DNA of 64,000 nt from Candidatus Rifleibacteriota bacterium (GTDB lineage: Bacteria > Vulcanimicrobiota > Xenobia > Xenobiales > Xenobiaceae). The stretch is taken from positions 6,866 to 70,865 of the forward strand of contig CAAGRW010000134.1 of assembly GCA_900772775.1 (NCBI GenBank), given 5' to 3'. Under the pieces are notes generated by a model. The model did not search any database, had not been told where the DNA came from, and saw only the letters and a program-made list of their open reading frames with translations. Each line of letters opens with the position of its first letter. Position 1 is the first letter of the stretch. Made by a program: the position numbers and the translations under genes. Positions 28,907-39,365 of this stretch are shown here, one piece after another.

Positions 28907-28962
28907 TGTGTATAGGCTAGGCAAATGGCGCTGCGGCCTTGGCCGCAGCGCTTAGCTAAGCA

Positions 28963-30855
28963 CTACTTTTGAGCTTCAAGCAAAGCCTGGTTCATGGCGG
29001 CGGCTTCATCTAAAGCGCAAACCAAGTGGAATTTGCCTTGGCCCAAGTTCATGAGGTTAAAGCCTTTAGTAGCTAATTCTTCGGCTTTAACCTTAGAAGC
29101 GTCTTTTACTTGGAAAACCACTCGGGTTAAGGAAGCTAAATGGAGGTTTTCCAAGTTGCCAATACCGCCAACTAAAGAGGCAAATTCAGTCGCTTTGCTG
29201 CGTATAGTTGCGCTGACAACCACAGGCTCACTTGAGGCGGAGTCGGTCGGCGCGGCAGCAGGCAAGGGCGCGGCAGAAGCGTCGCCGTGAGCGCTGATAT
29301 ACTCTTCAATGTCGGATTTAAGATTTTCGGAAAGGGTTCCGAAAATAGCTTGCAAGTTGTTACCTACAGTGACTACACCGGCAGCGCCTAAGGCTTTGAG
29401 GGTGTCGGGGCTGGCTTTAGATATATCTTTTAAACCGACGCGCAAGCGAGTAATACAAGCGTCTAAACTTACCAAGTTGGTGCGACCGCCCAGAGCTTGA
29501 AGCACTTTACCGGCCAATTCGCTGCCAGTGCCTCCAGCTTCGGATCCGGCCATAGCTTCTTCGCGTCCAGGAGTTTTGAAGTTAAAGAACTCGATAGCCT
29601 TGCGGAAGACCACATAGTAGATAAGGGCGTAAATCGGGCCAAGCCAAAGTACGCAGCTGGGATTGGTGTCGTTGTGGAAATAGAGTAAGTAGTCGATACA
29701 ACCTTGGGAGAAGGTAAAGCCCATGTGAGCTCCCACTAAGTTCATGACATAGAAGGCGCTACCCACCAAAACAGCGTGAATGGCGTAAAGGGCCGGAGCT
29801 ACAAACAGGAAGGAAAACTCGATAGGCTCAGTGATACCGGTCAGGAAAGAAGTCAGGGCCGCCGACATCATAATGCCGCCAACTTGTACTCTGTTTTCGG
29901 GCTTGGCACTATGCCAAATAGCAATAGCTGCTGCGGGCAGACCCCACATCTTGAAGAGGAAACCGCCGCCCAAAATTCCGGCTGTAGGATCGCCGTTAAA
30001 GAAGCGGGTAATGTCACCTTGTACTACGTTGCCGTCAGGAGTGGTAAAGCTGCCCATTTGGAAGAAGAAGGGAGCGTTCCAAGCGTGGTGCAAACCGAAA
30101 GGCAGCAAAGCTCTTTCGACAACGCCGTACACAGTGGCGGCCAGAGAAGGATTTTCGTTGGCGGCCCAGTTGCCGGCTAAAGTAATGAAAGCGCCAATAG
30201 GCGGCCAGACGAAGCTAAGCACAATACCAGTAGCAATAGCAGCAAAGGCGGTCACAATGGGTACGAAGCGTTTGCCAGCAAAGAAGCCAAGATAGGGCGG
30301 CAGCGAAATTCGATAGTATTTATTAAACAGGTACGCTGTAATAATACCTATGACAATGCCGCCAAATACGCCCGTATCGACGCTCTTTATGCCCATTATC
30401 GTAGTAGTGGATAAAACCGATTGGTCGCTTAGCAAGCCTCCGCAATCGGGACAATACTTTAATACGTCTAGGCCGCGAATCGTGGCCATAACGCCCATAG
30501 TGGCATTCATGACCATATAGCCTACGACGGCTGCTAAGGCGGAAACGCCATCATTTTTGGTTAAACCTAAAGCTACACCAATAGCAAAAATTAAAGGCAA
30601 ATTGCTGAAAATTACTTGGCCGGAGTCGCCCATAATTTTCAAAATAGCTACACCCAAAGCCATAATGGTAGGCCAGCCTTGAGTGAAGATATTTACGCCA
30701 CTTTTGAGGACGGCGTCTAAATTGGCAGGCATCCAGCCGTACTTAGAAGCGCCCACGCCTAACAAAATACCTGCCACAGGCAGGACGGCTACCGGCAACA
30801 TTAGGGCTTTGCCTATTTGTTGCAAAATGCCGAAAGCTTTTTTGAAAAAGTTCAC
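28963..30855 (-). CDS. ptsG: PTS glucose-family EIICB component with an extra C-terminal EIIB-like domain
   Basis: 630 aa. The EIIC core carries the GITEPIEF motif. The EIIB domain has [19 protein letters not shown] further ~75-aa C-terminal domain ([19 protein letters not shown]) resembles EIIB but lacks the Cys. Confidence 0.85.
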   Translation of the reverse strand: MNFFKKAFGILQQIGKALMLPVAVLPVAGILLGVGASKYGWMPANLDAVLKSGVNIFTQGWPTIMALGVAILKIMGDSGQVIFSNLPLIFAIGVALGLTKNDGVSALAAVVGYMVMNATMGVMATIRGLDVLKYCPDCGGLLSDQSVLSTTTIMGIKSVDTGVFGGIVIGIITAYLFNKYYRISLPPYLGFFAGKRFVPIVTAFAAIATGIVLSFVWPPIGAFITLAGNWAANENPSLAATVYGVVERALLPFGLHHAWNAPFFFQMGSFTTPDGNVVQGDITRFFNGDPTAGILGGGFLFKMWGLPAAAIAIWHSAKPENRVQVGGIMMSAALTSFLTGITEPIEFSFLFVAPALYAIHAVLVGSAFYVMNLVGAHMGFTFSQGCIDYLLYFHNDTNPSCVLWLGPIYALIYYVVFRKAIEFFNFKTPGREEAMAGSEAGGTGSELAGKVLQALGGRTNLVSLDACITRLRVGLKDISKASPDTLKALGAAGVVTVGNNLQAIFGTLSENLKSDIEEYISAHGDASAAPLPAAAPTDSASSEPVVVSATIRSKATEFASLVGGIGNLENLHLASLTRVVFQVKDASKVKAEELATKGFNLMNLGQGKFHLVCALDEAAAMNQALLEAQK

Positions 30856-33455
30856 CGCTCGATATCCTCCTGTAATTTGCGTACCGCTTCGGAACTTTCA
30901 CAGGCTAAAGCCCGCTCGGCTAATTGGCGGCATTCTTCCAGGCCAACTTGACGGATTCTGTCTTTGACGGCAGGAATGGCTGGAGCCGCTACGCTAAGCT
31001 CGTCTACGCCCAAGCCGACCAAAATAGCCGTAGCTTGCAAGTCACCGCCAATACCGCCGCAAATACCCACCTTGCGATTATGTTTGTGAGCTCCGTCGAC
31101 CGTCATTTTAATTAAGCGCAGAATAGAGGGATGGAGACTGTCTACCAAGTTGGCCAATTGAGGATGGCCGCGGTCGATAGCCGTAGTGTACTGAGTTAAA
31201 TCGTTAGTACCGATAGAGAAGAAGTCTACTTCTTTGGCTAAAGTTTCAGCCATTAAAGCGGCGGCGGGTACCTCGACCATAATGCCCAAAGGCACTTTTA
31301 CGCCTAAATTTTTGCATTCTTCATCGAAAATGGCTCTAGCTTGGCGATATTCGCCGATAGTAGTAACCATAGGTAACATAATTTGCAACTTGGCAAAGCC
31401 TGCTGCTCTTAAAATGGCGCGGAACTGAGTGCGCAATAAATCCGGACGCAGCAAAGAAATACGCAAACCGCGTTCGCCTAAGAAAGGATTGGCTTCTTGG
31501 GGAATAGGCAAATAAGGCAAAGGCTTGTCGCCGCCTACATCTAAAGTACGAATAATTAGCGTAGCTTTAGGGCCCAAAGTGCGGGCAATTTGGCCGTAAA
31601 TATCGGCTTGTTCATCTTCGGTAGGCGGAGTAGTGCGGGCTAAGAAGAGGAACTCGCTGCGCAAAAGGCCTACACCGTCTGCGCCTAAAGTGACCGCTTG
31701 TTCGGTATCGGCTACCGAGCCTACATTGGCAGCTACTTCTACGAGGCGACCGTCGGTAGTTTGGGCCGATTCTTTGGCTTTTTCTAATAACTGGCGGCGA
31801 CGTTCTTGCTGAAGTTTGAGCTTTTCTTTAGCTTCTTGGTAGCGCTTGTCGTCCGGATTGAGCTCCAAAGTGCCTTTGCTGCCGCTTAAAATGGCCCGCG
31901 TGCCGTTAGCTATAGTGAGAGCTCGAGCAGAAATGCCTGCCAAAGCTGGCAAATCGAGCGAACGCGCTAAAATAGCCACGTGGGAAGTAGAGCCGCCCAA
32001 CACGGTGGCAAAGCCGACTACTTTAGAGCGATCTAAAGCGGCCGTATCCGAAGGAGTTAAATCTTCGGCAATAAGGATCGTATTTTCGGGGAAGTTGTGA
32101 ATAGTGGGAGCTTCACCCATAAGCAAGCGCAGCACTCTTTCACCCACGTCTTTTAAGTCGACGGCGCGGGCGGCCATCAGTTGGTGGCTGAGCTGCGCTA
32201 AACGCTCCGCTTGGCCGGTGTAGGCTTGTTTCCAACTGTAAGCGGCGCTTTTACCTTTAGCTATGCCAGCTTCGGCTTGCTCAATTAAATCGGGATCGTC
32301 TAAAAGCTCGCGGTGAGCGGCGAAGATACCGGCTTTATTAGGATCGGCTTTGGCCTTCATGCTGACTTCTAAAAATTCCAGCTCATTTTGGCCTTTTTTC
32401 AGAGCTTCGCGCAATTTTTGCAACTCTTTTTCCCGGCCTTGGCCTTCTTCTTCTACTTCATATTCGGCTCGTTGCATTTGATAGATGCGCCCTACAGCTA
32501 AGCCTGGAGAAGCAGAAACTGCGTGCAACAAATTGTCTGTATCGGGAGTTTGTGGGTTGGGCAAAGCCGGAGTTAGAGGGCCGGGAGTAATCATGGGCTG
32601 GGCTTGCACATTTATATCGGGCCTGGCACTTACTCCAGAAACGCCGGGAACTTCAGGCTTTTCGCCTAAACCGCTGGCCAAAGCTTCACTTAACGCATCT
32701 AAAGCTTCTTGGGCCTCTTCGCCGCTAGCTCTAAAGCGCACTACTTCGTTGTGCAGCACTTGCAAGCTCATTAAAGCTACGACGCTTTTGCAATTGGCAA
32801 ATTGCTCGCCGCGTACAATTTGCAAGTTAGCTTTAAACTTTTTGGCTAAATTGGCTAATACGGCAGCTGGACGAGCATGCAAGCCTTGAGGATTGGGCAC
32901 CACGATAGGTTCGGACATTAAGCTCAGGCCGGAGGTAGTCTCTTTATCTTCTTCTTTTTGAGCTAAAGTGGCACTGATAAGCAGATCTTGACCAGCTTTC
33001 TTGTAGCCTGGTTTTATTTCTAAATTGCTGACGGCTTCGGTATTGGTAATTAAAACTAAAGTAATCAGGCTGCGGGCCTTTTCAGCGATAAGTCCTGCGT
33101 CAAAAGCAATAAGCTCTTGCCCTTTTTCCACCGAATCGCCTACTTTTACTTTGGGAGTAAAGCCTTCGCTCTTTAAGGCTACCGTGTCCAAGCCTATGTG
33201 CATAAGCACTTCCAAACCTGAAGGAGTCTCCAGAGTTAGAGCGTGACAGGAGGGATGAATTTGCTTGACGACTCCCGGACAAGGGGCCAACAAGACTTCT
33301 GAAGTTGGGTCTATAGCTACGCCGTCGCCTACCATTTTACCGGCGAAAACCGGATCGGGTACGCGTTCGAGCTCTACAGTCTGTCCCGAGAGGGGAGCAT
33401 ATAAAGCGACAGCATGATTGCTCACGTGAAACAGCACACTCCAAAAAAATATCAA
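30852..33455 (-). CDS. ptsI: Multiphosphoryl transfer protein: EIIA(Glc)-HPr-Enzyme I fusion
   Basis: N-terminal EIIA-Glc ([19 protein letters not shown]...[29 protein letters not shown]), then HPr ([15 protein letters not shown]...), then EI ([24 protein letters not shown]-utilising). It overlaps ptsG by 4 nt. The start codon is uncertain (TTG at 33455 or a GTG 30 nt downstream). Confidence 0.85.
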   Translation of the reverse strand: MIFFWSVLFHVSNHAVALYAPLSGQTVELERVPDPVFAGKMVGDGVAIDPTSEVLLAPCPGVVKQIHPSCHALTLETPSGLEVLMHIGLDTVALKSEGFTPKVKVGDSVEKGQELIAFDAGLIAEKARSLITLVLITNTEAVSNLEIKPGYKKAGQDLLISATLAQKEEDKETTSGLSLMSEPIVVPNPQGLHARPAAVLANLAKKFKANLQIVRGEQFANCKSVVALMSLQVLHNEVVRFRASGEEAQEALDALSEALASGLGEKPEVPGVSGVSARPDINVQAQPMITPGPLTPALPNPQTPDTDNLLHAVSASPGLAVGRIYQMQRAEYEVEEEGQGREKELQKLREALKKGQNELEFLEVSMKAKADPNKAGIFAAHRELLDDPDLIEQAEAGIAKGKSAAYSWKQAYTGQAERLAQLSHQLMAARAVDLKDVGERVLRLLMGEAPTIHNFPENTILIAEDLTPSDTAALDRSKVVGFATVLGGSTSHVAILARSLDLPALAGISARALTIANGTRAILSGSKGTLELNPDDKRYQEAKEKLKLQQERRRQLLEKAKESAQTTDGRLVEVAANVGSVADTEQAVTLGADGVGLLRSEFLFLARTTPPTEDEQADIYGQIARTLGPKATLIIRTLDVGGDKPLPYLPIPQEANPFLGERGLRISLLRPDLLRTQFRAILRAAGFAKLQIMLPMVTTIGEYRQARAIFDEECKNLGVKVPLGIMVEVPAAALMAETLAKEVDFFSIGTNDLTQYTTAIDRGHPQLANLVDSLHPSILRLIKMTVDGAHKHNRKVGICGGIGGDLQATAILVGLGVDELSVAAPAIPAVKDRIRQVGLEECRQLAERALACESSEAVRKLQEDIER

Positions 33456-33479
33456 AAAGCCTGCAAAAATTCGACATTT

Positions 33480-33535
33480 TAGGCCGCCTCCCTTCGCTGC
33501 TTTGTTGTATCAGCACTTAAGAGGGAGGCGGCCTA
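33480..33535. promoter_or_regulatory. 14-bp perfect inverted repeat (TAGGCCGCCTCCCT / AGGGAGGCGGCCTA) with a 28-nt loop in the divergent ptsI-gdh intergenic region
   Basis: Direct reading. There is no U-tract on either strand, so it is not a canonical terminator. Confidence 0.45.
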
Positions 33536-33595
33536 AAAAAGCGAAACTCGCCGAATTAAGCAGCTTTTTAGACAGTGTGAACGGAGCTAACTTAT

Positions 33596-34948
33596 ATGGG
33601 TATGCGAACGACGACTCTAGATTTGATTATGGGCCAAGTTGCGGTGCGCAATCCTGGCGAACCTGAGTTTCTCCAGGCGGTAAGAGAAGTTTTCTCTTCA
33701 GTAGTGCCTGTAGTAGAAGCCAATCCAGTTTACAGGCGCATGAAAGTCTTAGAGCGCCTCGTTGAGCCGGAAAGAGTGATTATTTTTCGCGTCCCTTGGG
33801 TTGACGATTTAGGCAATATCCAAATCAACCGAGGCTACCGTGTAGAAATGTGTGGCGCTATCGGCCCCTTCCAAGGCGGTTTGCGTTTCCACCCCAGTGT
33901 AGATTTAAGTATCATCAAGTTTTTGGCTTTCGAACAAGTTTTTCGCAATTCTCTCACTTGTTTGCCTTTGGGCGGTGCCAAGGGCGGGGCCGATTTCGAT
34001 CCTAAGGGCAAATCTGATATGGAAGTGATGCGCTTTTGCCAATCCTTTATGGCTGAGTTGTTCCGCCATATTGGCCCTACAATTGATGTGGCTACCAGTG
34101 GTTTGGGCGTAAGTGGACGCGAAATAGGCTACTTGTTTGGCATGTACCGAAAGCTTTCCGGCCAATTCTCCGGCGCTCTAACCAATAAAGGCTTGGGCTG
34201 GGGCGGCTCAATGTTGCGTCCGGAAGCTACAGGTTTTGGCGTTATCTACTTTATCGAAAATATGCTACAGCGCCGCAGCGAATCTTTAGAAGATAAACGT
34301 ATTGTCATTTCCGGCTCCGGCAATGTGGCTCAATTTGCGGCCAAAAAGGCTATTGCGATGGGGGCCAAAGTGCTCACTATGTCCGATTCTTCCGGCATGA
34401 TTTACGATCCCGATGGCATTGATGAAGACAAGCTGGACTGGATTATGGAACTTAAAAATTTGCGTCGCGGTCGCATAAGAGAATATGTCGACGAATTTGA
34501 CGGCGCCGAATATATAGAAGGTGGCGCTCCTTGGAACATTCCTTGCGATGTAGCTATTCCGGCCGCTACCCAAAATGAAATTTTCTTAGAAGACGCACAA
34601 GCTTTGATTGCCAACGGTGTGACAGTAGTAGCAGAAGCGGCCGATATGCCTTGCATGCCGGAAGCCATTTCCGAATTTTTGCGCAACAAAGTGCTCTTTG
34701 GCCCCAGCAAAGCGGTCAATGCCGGCGGCGTAGCCACATCAGGATTGGAAATGTCGCAAAATGCTTCACATGAAAGTTGGAGCACTGAAGAAATAGAGCA
34801 GCGCTTGCGTCGCATTATGTCTTCTATACATGAAGCTTGTGTCCGTTATGGACGCAGTGACGATGGCTTTGTTAATTATGTGCGCGGCGCCAATGTAGCC
34901 GGTTTTGTTAAAGTAGCCGACGCTATGGTAGATCAGGGCATTATCTGA
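33596..34948 (+). CDS. gdhA: NADP-type glutamate dehydrogenase family protein (GdhA-like) with a Lys-to-Gln change at the conserved substrate-binding Lys
   Basis: 450 aa, collinear with E. coli GdhA from memory (GGAKGG, RFCQSFM, GSGNVAQ, ANAGGVATSGLEM). The canonical GPYKGG reads GPFQGG here (CAA at 33872..33874). Confidence 0.85.
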   Translation: MGMRTTTLDLIMGQVAVRNPGEPEFLQAVREVFSSVVPVVEANPVYRRMKVLERLVEPERVIIFRVPWVDDLGNIQINRGYRVEMCGAIGPFQGGLRFHPSVDLSIIKFLAFEQVFRNSLTCLPLGGAKGGADFDPKGKSDMEVMRFCQSFMAELFRHIGPTIDVATSGLGVSGREIGYLFGMYRKLSGQFSGALTNKGLGWGGSMLRPEATGFGVIYFIENMLQRRSESLEDKRIVISGSGNVAQFAAKKAIAMGAKVLTMSDSSGMIYDPDGIDEDKLDWIMELKNLRRGRIREYVDEFDGAEYIEGGAPWNIPCDVAIPAATQNEIFLEDAQALIANGVTVVAEAADMPCMPEAISEFLRNKVLFGPSKAVNAGGVATSGLEMSQNASHESWSTEEIEQRLRRIMSSIHEACVRYGRSDDGFVNYVRGANVAGFVKVADAMVDQGII

Positions 34949-35013
34949 GCGCTATAAGTAGGCTACCGGCTGAAAGGACGAGCTAAAAAAGAAAGAGAGA
35001 GGCCCAAAATAAA

Positions 35014-38000
35014 ATGAGATCGCTGGGGAAATTTTACGAATTGGCTTCCTATCGCGTGCGCGAGGTGCTGTTCATCTCTTCCGAATACGATGCTTTTATT
35101 TTGGAAACAGAAAATCAACTGGCTGAGCGTCTTTTTTATCGCTATTCCGAATTTTTTATGGTTGGCGTGCCTCGCATCAGCCACGCTTGTTCAGCCGATC
35201 GCGCTTTAGAAATTTTGGCCAGCCACCGCGTCGATCTAATAGTTATTGCCGTACGTGACGCCTCTTCGCTCAACACCGCTTTTTTGTCGCGTCTTCGTAA
35301 AAGCGCTCCTACAGTTCCGGTCATTTTGTTAATTTTAGACCCTGCTTGTTTGCATGGTTTAAATTGGAATCGCTTGCCTAAGTGGCTGGCCGGAACTTAT
35401 CTTTGGACAGGCGACTTAAGTTTGATTACGGCTATGTTTAATCAAATTGAAGATCGCTTTAATGTCGAGCGCGACACTACTTCCACAGGCGTGCAAGTTA
35501 TTATCACTGTAGAAGATACGGTAGCAGACTATTCAGTCTTTTTGCCCCATCTCTATGATGAATTATTTGAGCAAAGTCGCTCTATTTCTGGTGAAGGTGT
35601 AAATTTCACTCAGCGCACCTTGCGCATGCTGGCTCGCCCTAAAATATTATTGGCTTCCAATTACGAGTCGGCCCAAGCTCTTTTTGATAAATATCAGCGC
35701 TATGTTTTAGCTTTAATTAGCGATGTAAGTTTCAGAGTAAAAGGCAAGCAAGATACTAAAGCCGGCTTCAAATTGGCCGCTTATTGCTCTGAGCGCAAGC
35801 CTAAATTGCCTATTTTACTCCAATCGTCAGATTCTTCCAATTCTCAAAATGCCTCAGAAAAAGGCTGGCACTTTGCCAACAAAAAACCGGAAATTTTCCG
35901 TCCCGCTTTGCATCTTTTTTTAGAAGAGAGCTTGGGCTTTGGCAATTTTGTCTTCCGTATGCCCGATCGCACCGAAGTAGCTAGGGCTCGCGACACTTAC
36001 GAACTAGAGCGCTTATTGCACACTGTCGATTTGCGCTCGTTTTGCTACCATGCCGTCAACAATAATTTTAGCGTCTGGTTGCGAGCTCGCAATTATTTCA
36101 ATTTAGCTAATGTGGTAGAAAATCTCAATTTAGCCGATTTCTCCAGCCCTGAAGAGATGCGGCAGCGCCTTATTCGCATTTTGCAAGATTCGGCCCGCGA
36201 AGAGCGTCAAGGAGTAGTAGCCGATTTTTCCGTTCATCGCAGTGACAATTCTGCTCACAATTTTTTCCGTGTAGGTCGAGGCTCCATTGGAGGTAAGGGG
36301 CGCGGTATAGCTTTTATAAATTCGCTCTTAGCTAAAGAAGATTTTATTACCGAGCGCCATGGCTTAAAAGTGGCTATTCCGCGTACTTTGGTCTTGGGCG
36401 TCGATGTTTACGATCGCTTTATGGAGCTAAATAATTTTAGCGTTAAAGCGCAGCGCGGTTTTACCGACGAAGAATTGACCGATATCTACTTAAAAGCCAA
36501 GCTGCCGTCGGAAATGATAGAAGAATTGCGAGCGGCTTTTTCTCTCTTGCACGGCCCTTTGGCGGTGCGCTCTTCAAGTTTGTTGGAAGATTCGCAAAAT
36601 CAATCTTGCGCCGGCATCTACGCTACTTACATGATCCCCGACAATCACGAAGACTCACCGCACCGCTTTGAGTTAATATGCCAAGCTATCAAGCGAGTTT
36701 ATATGTCGGCTGTCTCTTCTCGCGCTCAAGCTTATTTAGCTAGCGCTCAATATTTGGGAGCTGAAGAAAAAATGGCCGTGATTTTGCAAGAAACGGTGGG
36801 CTCGGTGCACGGTCGCTACTTCTATCCCAGTTTTTCCGGCGTGGCCATGTCGGTCAATTATTATCCTATGGGGCCGCAGCATATCGATGACGGTATTGCG
36901 GCTATGGCTTTGGGCTTAGGCAACACTGTAGCCGATGGCGGCAGTTGTATGCGCTTTTCTCCCAAGTGGCCCAAAGTTTTGCCTCACCAATACTACCAAG
37001 AACTTTATTTAAATTATTCTCAGCGTGACTTCTACGCTATCGAATTGGACGCTTCCACCAAAGAAAATCCCAGCGGTTTAGTTAAACTTAAATTGAAGCA
37101 AGCTGAAGAAGATGGAACCTTGGCGCCTATAGGTTCGGTTTTTTCTCTTGAAAGCAATACTTGGCGCGATTCTTTAGACTACAAGGGACCGCGAGCTGTA
37201 ACTTTTAGCAATATTTTGCAAAATGGCGAAGTGCCTTTAGCTCAATGTTTGGAAGAATTGTTGGAGCGTTTTAAAGTGGCTATTGGCTGTCCTGTAGAAG
37301 TTGAATTCGCTGTCGAATTGGGGCCGTCTTTCACTAAAGGCAGTGATTTTCTCTATTCAGTACAGAGCGATCCCGCGCCGGAAGAAGCCAATCAAGACGA
37401 GCCTACCCTTTATATTTTACAACTTCGTCCTCTTACTAGCTTGGCTGTGGGAGAAGAAATTCACGCTTGTGGTTATAATCAACAAGATATTGTTTGCACT
37501 GGTGATTCTTTAGGCCACGGATCTGCTGATGATATTTATGATCTAATTTTTGTGGCTGGCTCCAATTTAAGCGCCCGTGAAGCGCGTTTGGCTGCAGCCA
37601 GAATTGCTCGTTTTAACGCCGCTTTAGTTAAAGAAAAACGCCCCTATTTATTGATAGGGCCGGGCCGTTGGGGTTCACTAGATCCAAATTTGGGTATTCC
37701 TGTGCAAATTAGTCAAGTTATGGGAGCTAGAGCTATCGTAGAATTGCCCTACGGAGATCGCTTTGTCGAACCGTCCATGGGCTCTCATTTCTTCCATGAA
37801 TTGGCAGCCATGCATATTTTTTATATGAATTTATGCTTTGATGGACAGGAGCGAGCTATTAATCAGGGAATCCGCGGCGGAATTTGTCGGGACGATACTT
37901 CGGTAAAGTGTGCTGACAAAATTACTAAAGATTATATAGATGTAGACTGGCTTAAGGCTTTGCCTGTCTTGGGCGAAGCTGATGGAGTCAGACATATACG

Positions 38001-38139
38001 CTTAGAACGACCTGTGCATGTGCGCGTTAATGGACGTTGCTGTCGTGGAGTCGTTCTAAAAAATTATGTTAAAGAGTTGGCCGATCAGGAAGATAAATTG
38101 AATTTTTCTCTACCTCCGGCCGAATCTTCGATTTGGTAA
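35014..38139 (+). CDS. Large multidomain protein: N-terminal receiver-like domain plus a PPDK_N-type PEP/pyruvate-binding (ATP-grasp) domain; no phosphohistidine swivel domain seen
   Basis: 1041 aa. ...FRVGRGSIGGKGRGIAFINSLL... matches the GGKxxxL ATP-binding motif of PEP synthase / PPDK N-domains. I found no GGxTSHAAI motif. Confidence 0.6.
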   Translation: MRSLGKFYELASYRVREVLFISSEYDAFILETENQLAERLFYRYSEFFMVGVPRISHACSADRALEILASHRVDLIVIAVRDASSLNTAFLSRLRKSAPTVPVILLILDPACLHGLNWNRLPKWLAGTYLWTGDLSLITAMFNQIEDRFNVERDTTSTGVQVIITVEDTVADYSVFLPHLYDELFEQSRSISGEGVNFTQRTLRMLARPKILLASNYESAQALFDKYQRYVLALISDVSFRVKGKQDTKAGFKLAAYCSERKPKLPILLQSSDSSNSQNASEKGWHFANKKPEIFRPALHLFLEESLGFGNFVFRMPDRTEVARARDTYELERLLHTVDLRSFCYHAVNNNFSVWLRARNYFNLANVVENLNLADFSSPEEMRQRLIRILQDSAREERQGVVADFSVHRSDNSAHNFFRVGRGSIGGKGRGIAFINSLLAKEDFITERHGLKVAIPRTLVLGVDVYDRFMELNNFSVKAQRGFTDEELTDIYLKAKLPSEMIEELRAAFSLLHGPLAVRSSSLLEDSQNQSCAGIYATYMIPDNHEDSPHRFELICQAIKRVYMSAVSSRAQAYLASAQYLGAEEKMAVILQETVGSVHGRYFYPSFSGVAMSVNYYPMGPQHIDDGIAAMALGLGNTVADGGSCMRFSPKWPKVLPHQYYQELYLNYSQRDFYAIELDASTKENPSGLVKLKLKQAEEDGTLAPIGSVFSLESNTWRDSLDYKGPRAVTFSNILQNGEVPLAQCLEELLERFKVAIGCPVEVEFAVELGPSFTKGSDFLYSVQSDPAPEEANQDEPTLYILQLRPLTSLAVGEEIHACGYNQQDIVCTGDSLGHGSADDIYDLIFVAGSNLSAREARLAAARIARFNAALVKEKRPYLLIGPGRWGSLDPNLGIPVQISQVMGARAIVELPYGDRFVEPSMGSHFFHELAAMHIFYMNLCFDGQERAINQGIRGGICRDDTSVKCADKITKDYIDVDWLKALPVLGEADGVRHIRLERPVHVRVNGRCCRGVVLKNYVKELADQEDKLNFSLPPAESSIW

Positions 38140-38146
38140 AAAAACA

Positions 38147-39229
38147 ATGACTTCAGAACAAGAACACACCAACCCCCAAGCGGATCGTCACAGTAAGCCC
38201 TTGGGGTTGATTTTGGCCTTCAGCGTATTGAGTTTGCTGGGCCAATATTTTTTTAAATTGGGTATGGAAAGCGAATGGGCTAAACAACTCGTCTTCTCTT
38301 TAGGTAGTGAAACCGGAGCTTTTATACATGGCAACCTTTGGGAAGGCTTTAAGCTCGTTTGGCATAGCATTATCCTTTTCTTCCAGCCCATGATCTTTGT
38401 AGGCATGATAGCTTACGGTTTGTCGGCTGTTTGCTGGCTCTCTATTCTCAGCAAAGTCGATCTCAGCTTCGCTTATCCTATGATCAGTATCGGCTATGTG
38501 GCCATTTTACTTATGGGCTGGTTAGGCTTTGGCGAGCATGTCTCTTGGTTGCGTTGGATGGGCGTTTTTCTCATCTCTTTGGGCATTTTGGCCATCTATT
38601 CGGAGAAAGCTTTTGTGAGTCGCAGCGGCGTAGTAGCTGCGTTTCTTTTAGCTCTGGCGATGGCGGTTCTTATTTTCACTAATGGTGGGGCAAGCGCTGT
38701 TGCCGATTTTGATAAACCGGTGCTTTTAATTGTTTGCACTATACCTTTGGGAGTAATAGGCCAAATATTGCTTAAAGCCGGCATGAATTTAGCTATAAAT
38801 AAGGAGCGCGTACAAAAAATAGGCTCAGCTTGTGGTCAAATAAAAGAAAAATTGCTCGCCTCCGTAGGTCAAGCTTTGCTTAACGCTTGTACTTTATGTT
38901 TAAGTCCCCGAGTTTTTTGCGGCTTGTGCGTTTATGTGCTCTCTACTGTACTTTGGCTAGTTTTACTTACCAAGGTGCCGATTAGCTTTTTATATCCTTT
39001 GCTCAGCTTCGGTTATGTTTTGGTTTTGCTTATCGGTTGGTTGGGCTTTGGCGAAAAGGTAAGCTTTGTGCGCTGGTACGGCGTGTTAGTTATTTGCTTA
39101 GGCATAGTGTTTATCTATTCGGAAGCTTTAGTTAATACTCACGCTTTCCTTTTTGGCGCCACTTTAGTTGCCTTAGCCGCCTCTATCCTTAGCGCCAAGC
39201 ATTTTGTCAAATTGCAACCACTTGCCTAA
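38147..39229 (+). CDS. DMT-superfamily transporter made of two tandem 4-TM SMR/EamA-like repeats (ArnE/ArnF-like fusion)
   Basis: Internal duplication: YPMISIGYVAILLMGWLGFGEHVSWLRWMGVFLISLGILAIYSE versus YPLLSFGYVLVLLIGWLGFGEKVSFVRWYGVLVICLGIVFIYSE. Confidence 0.7.
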   Translation: MTSEQEHTNPQADRHSKPLGLILAFSVLSLLGQYFFKLGMESEWAKQLVFSLGSETGAFIHGNLWEGFKLVWHSIILFFQPMIFVGMIAYGLSAVCWLSILSKVDLSFAYPMISIGYVAILLMGWLGFGEHVSWLRWMGVFLISLGILAIYSEKAFVSRSGVVAAFLLALAMAVLIFTNGGASAVADFDKPVLLIVCTIPLGVIGQILLKAGMNLAINKERVQKIGSACGQIKEKLLASVGQALLNACTLCLSPRVFCGLCVYVLSTVLWLVLLTKVPISFLYPLLSFGYVLVLLIGWLGFGEKVSFVRWYGVLVICLGIVFIYSEALVNTHAFLFGATLVALAASILSAKHFVKLQPLA

Positions 39230-39273
39230 ATTGAATATTATTGTCAGCTGTTGTTGACAAGTTGTAGATCTGT

Positions 39274-39316
39274 AGAAAAATGGGCTTTTCTCAACTATTT
39301 TGAGAAAAGCCCATTT
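39274..39316. terminator. Bidirectional terminator (perfect 17-bp stem AAATGGGCTTTTCTCAA/TTGAGAAAAGCCCATTT)
   Basis: Between the convergent DMT transporter and hisS genes. The A/T flanks fit both strands. Confidence 0.7.
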
Positions 39317-39365
39317 GGCTTAAAAACGATTGCCAATCGCCACTATTTACTGATTTAGCTAGCGC

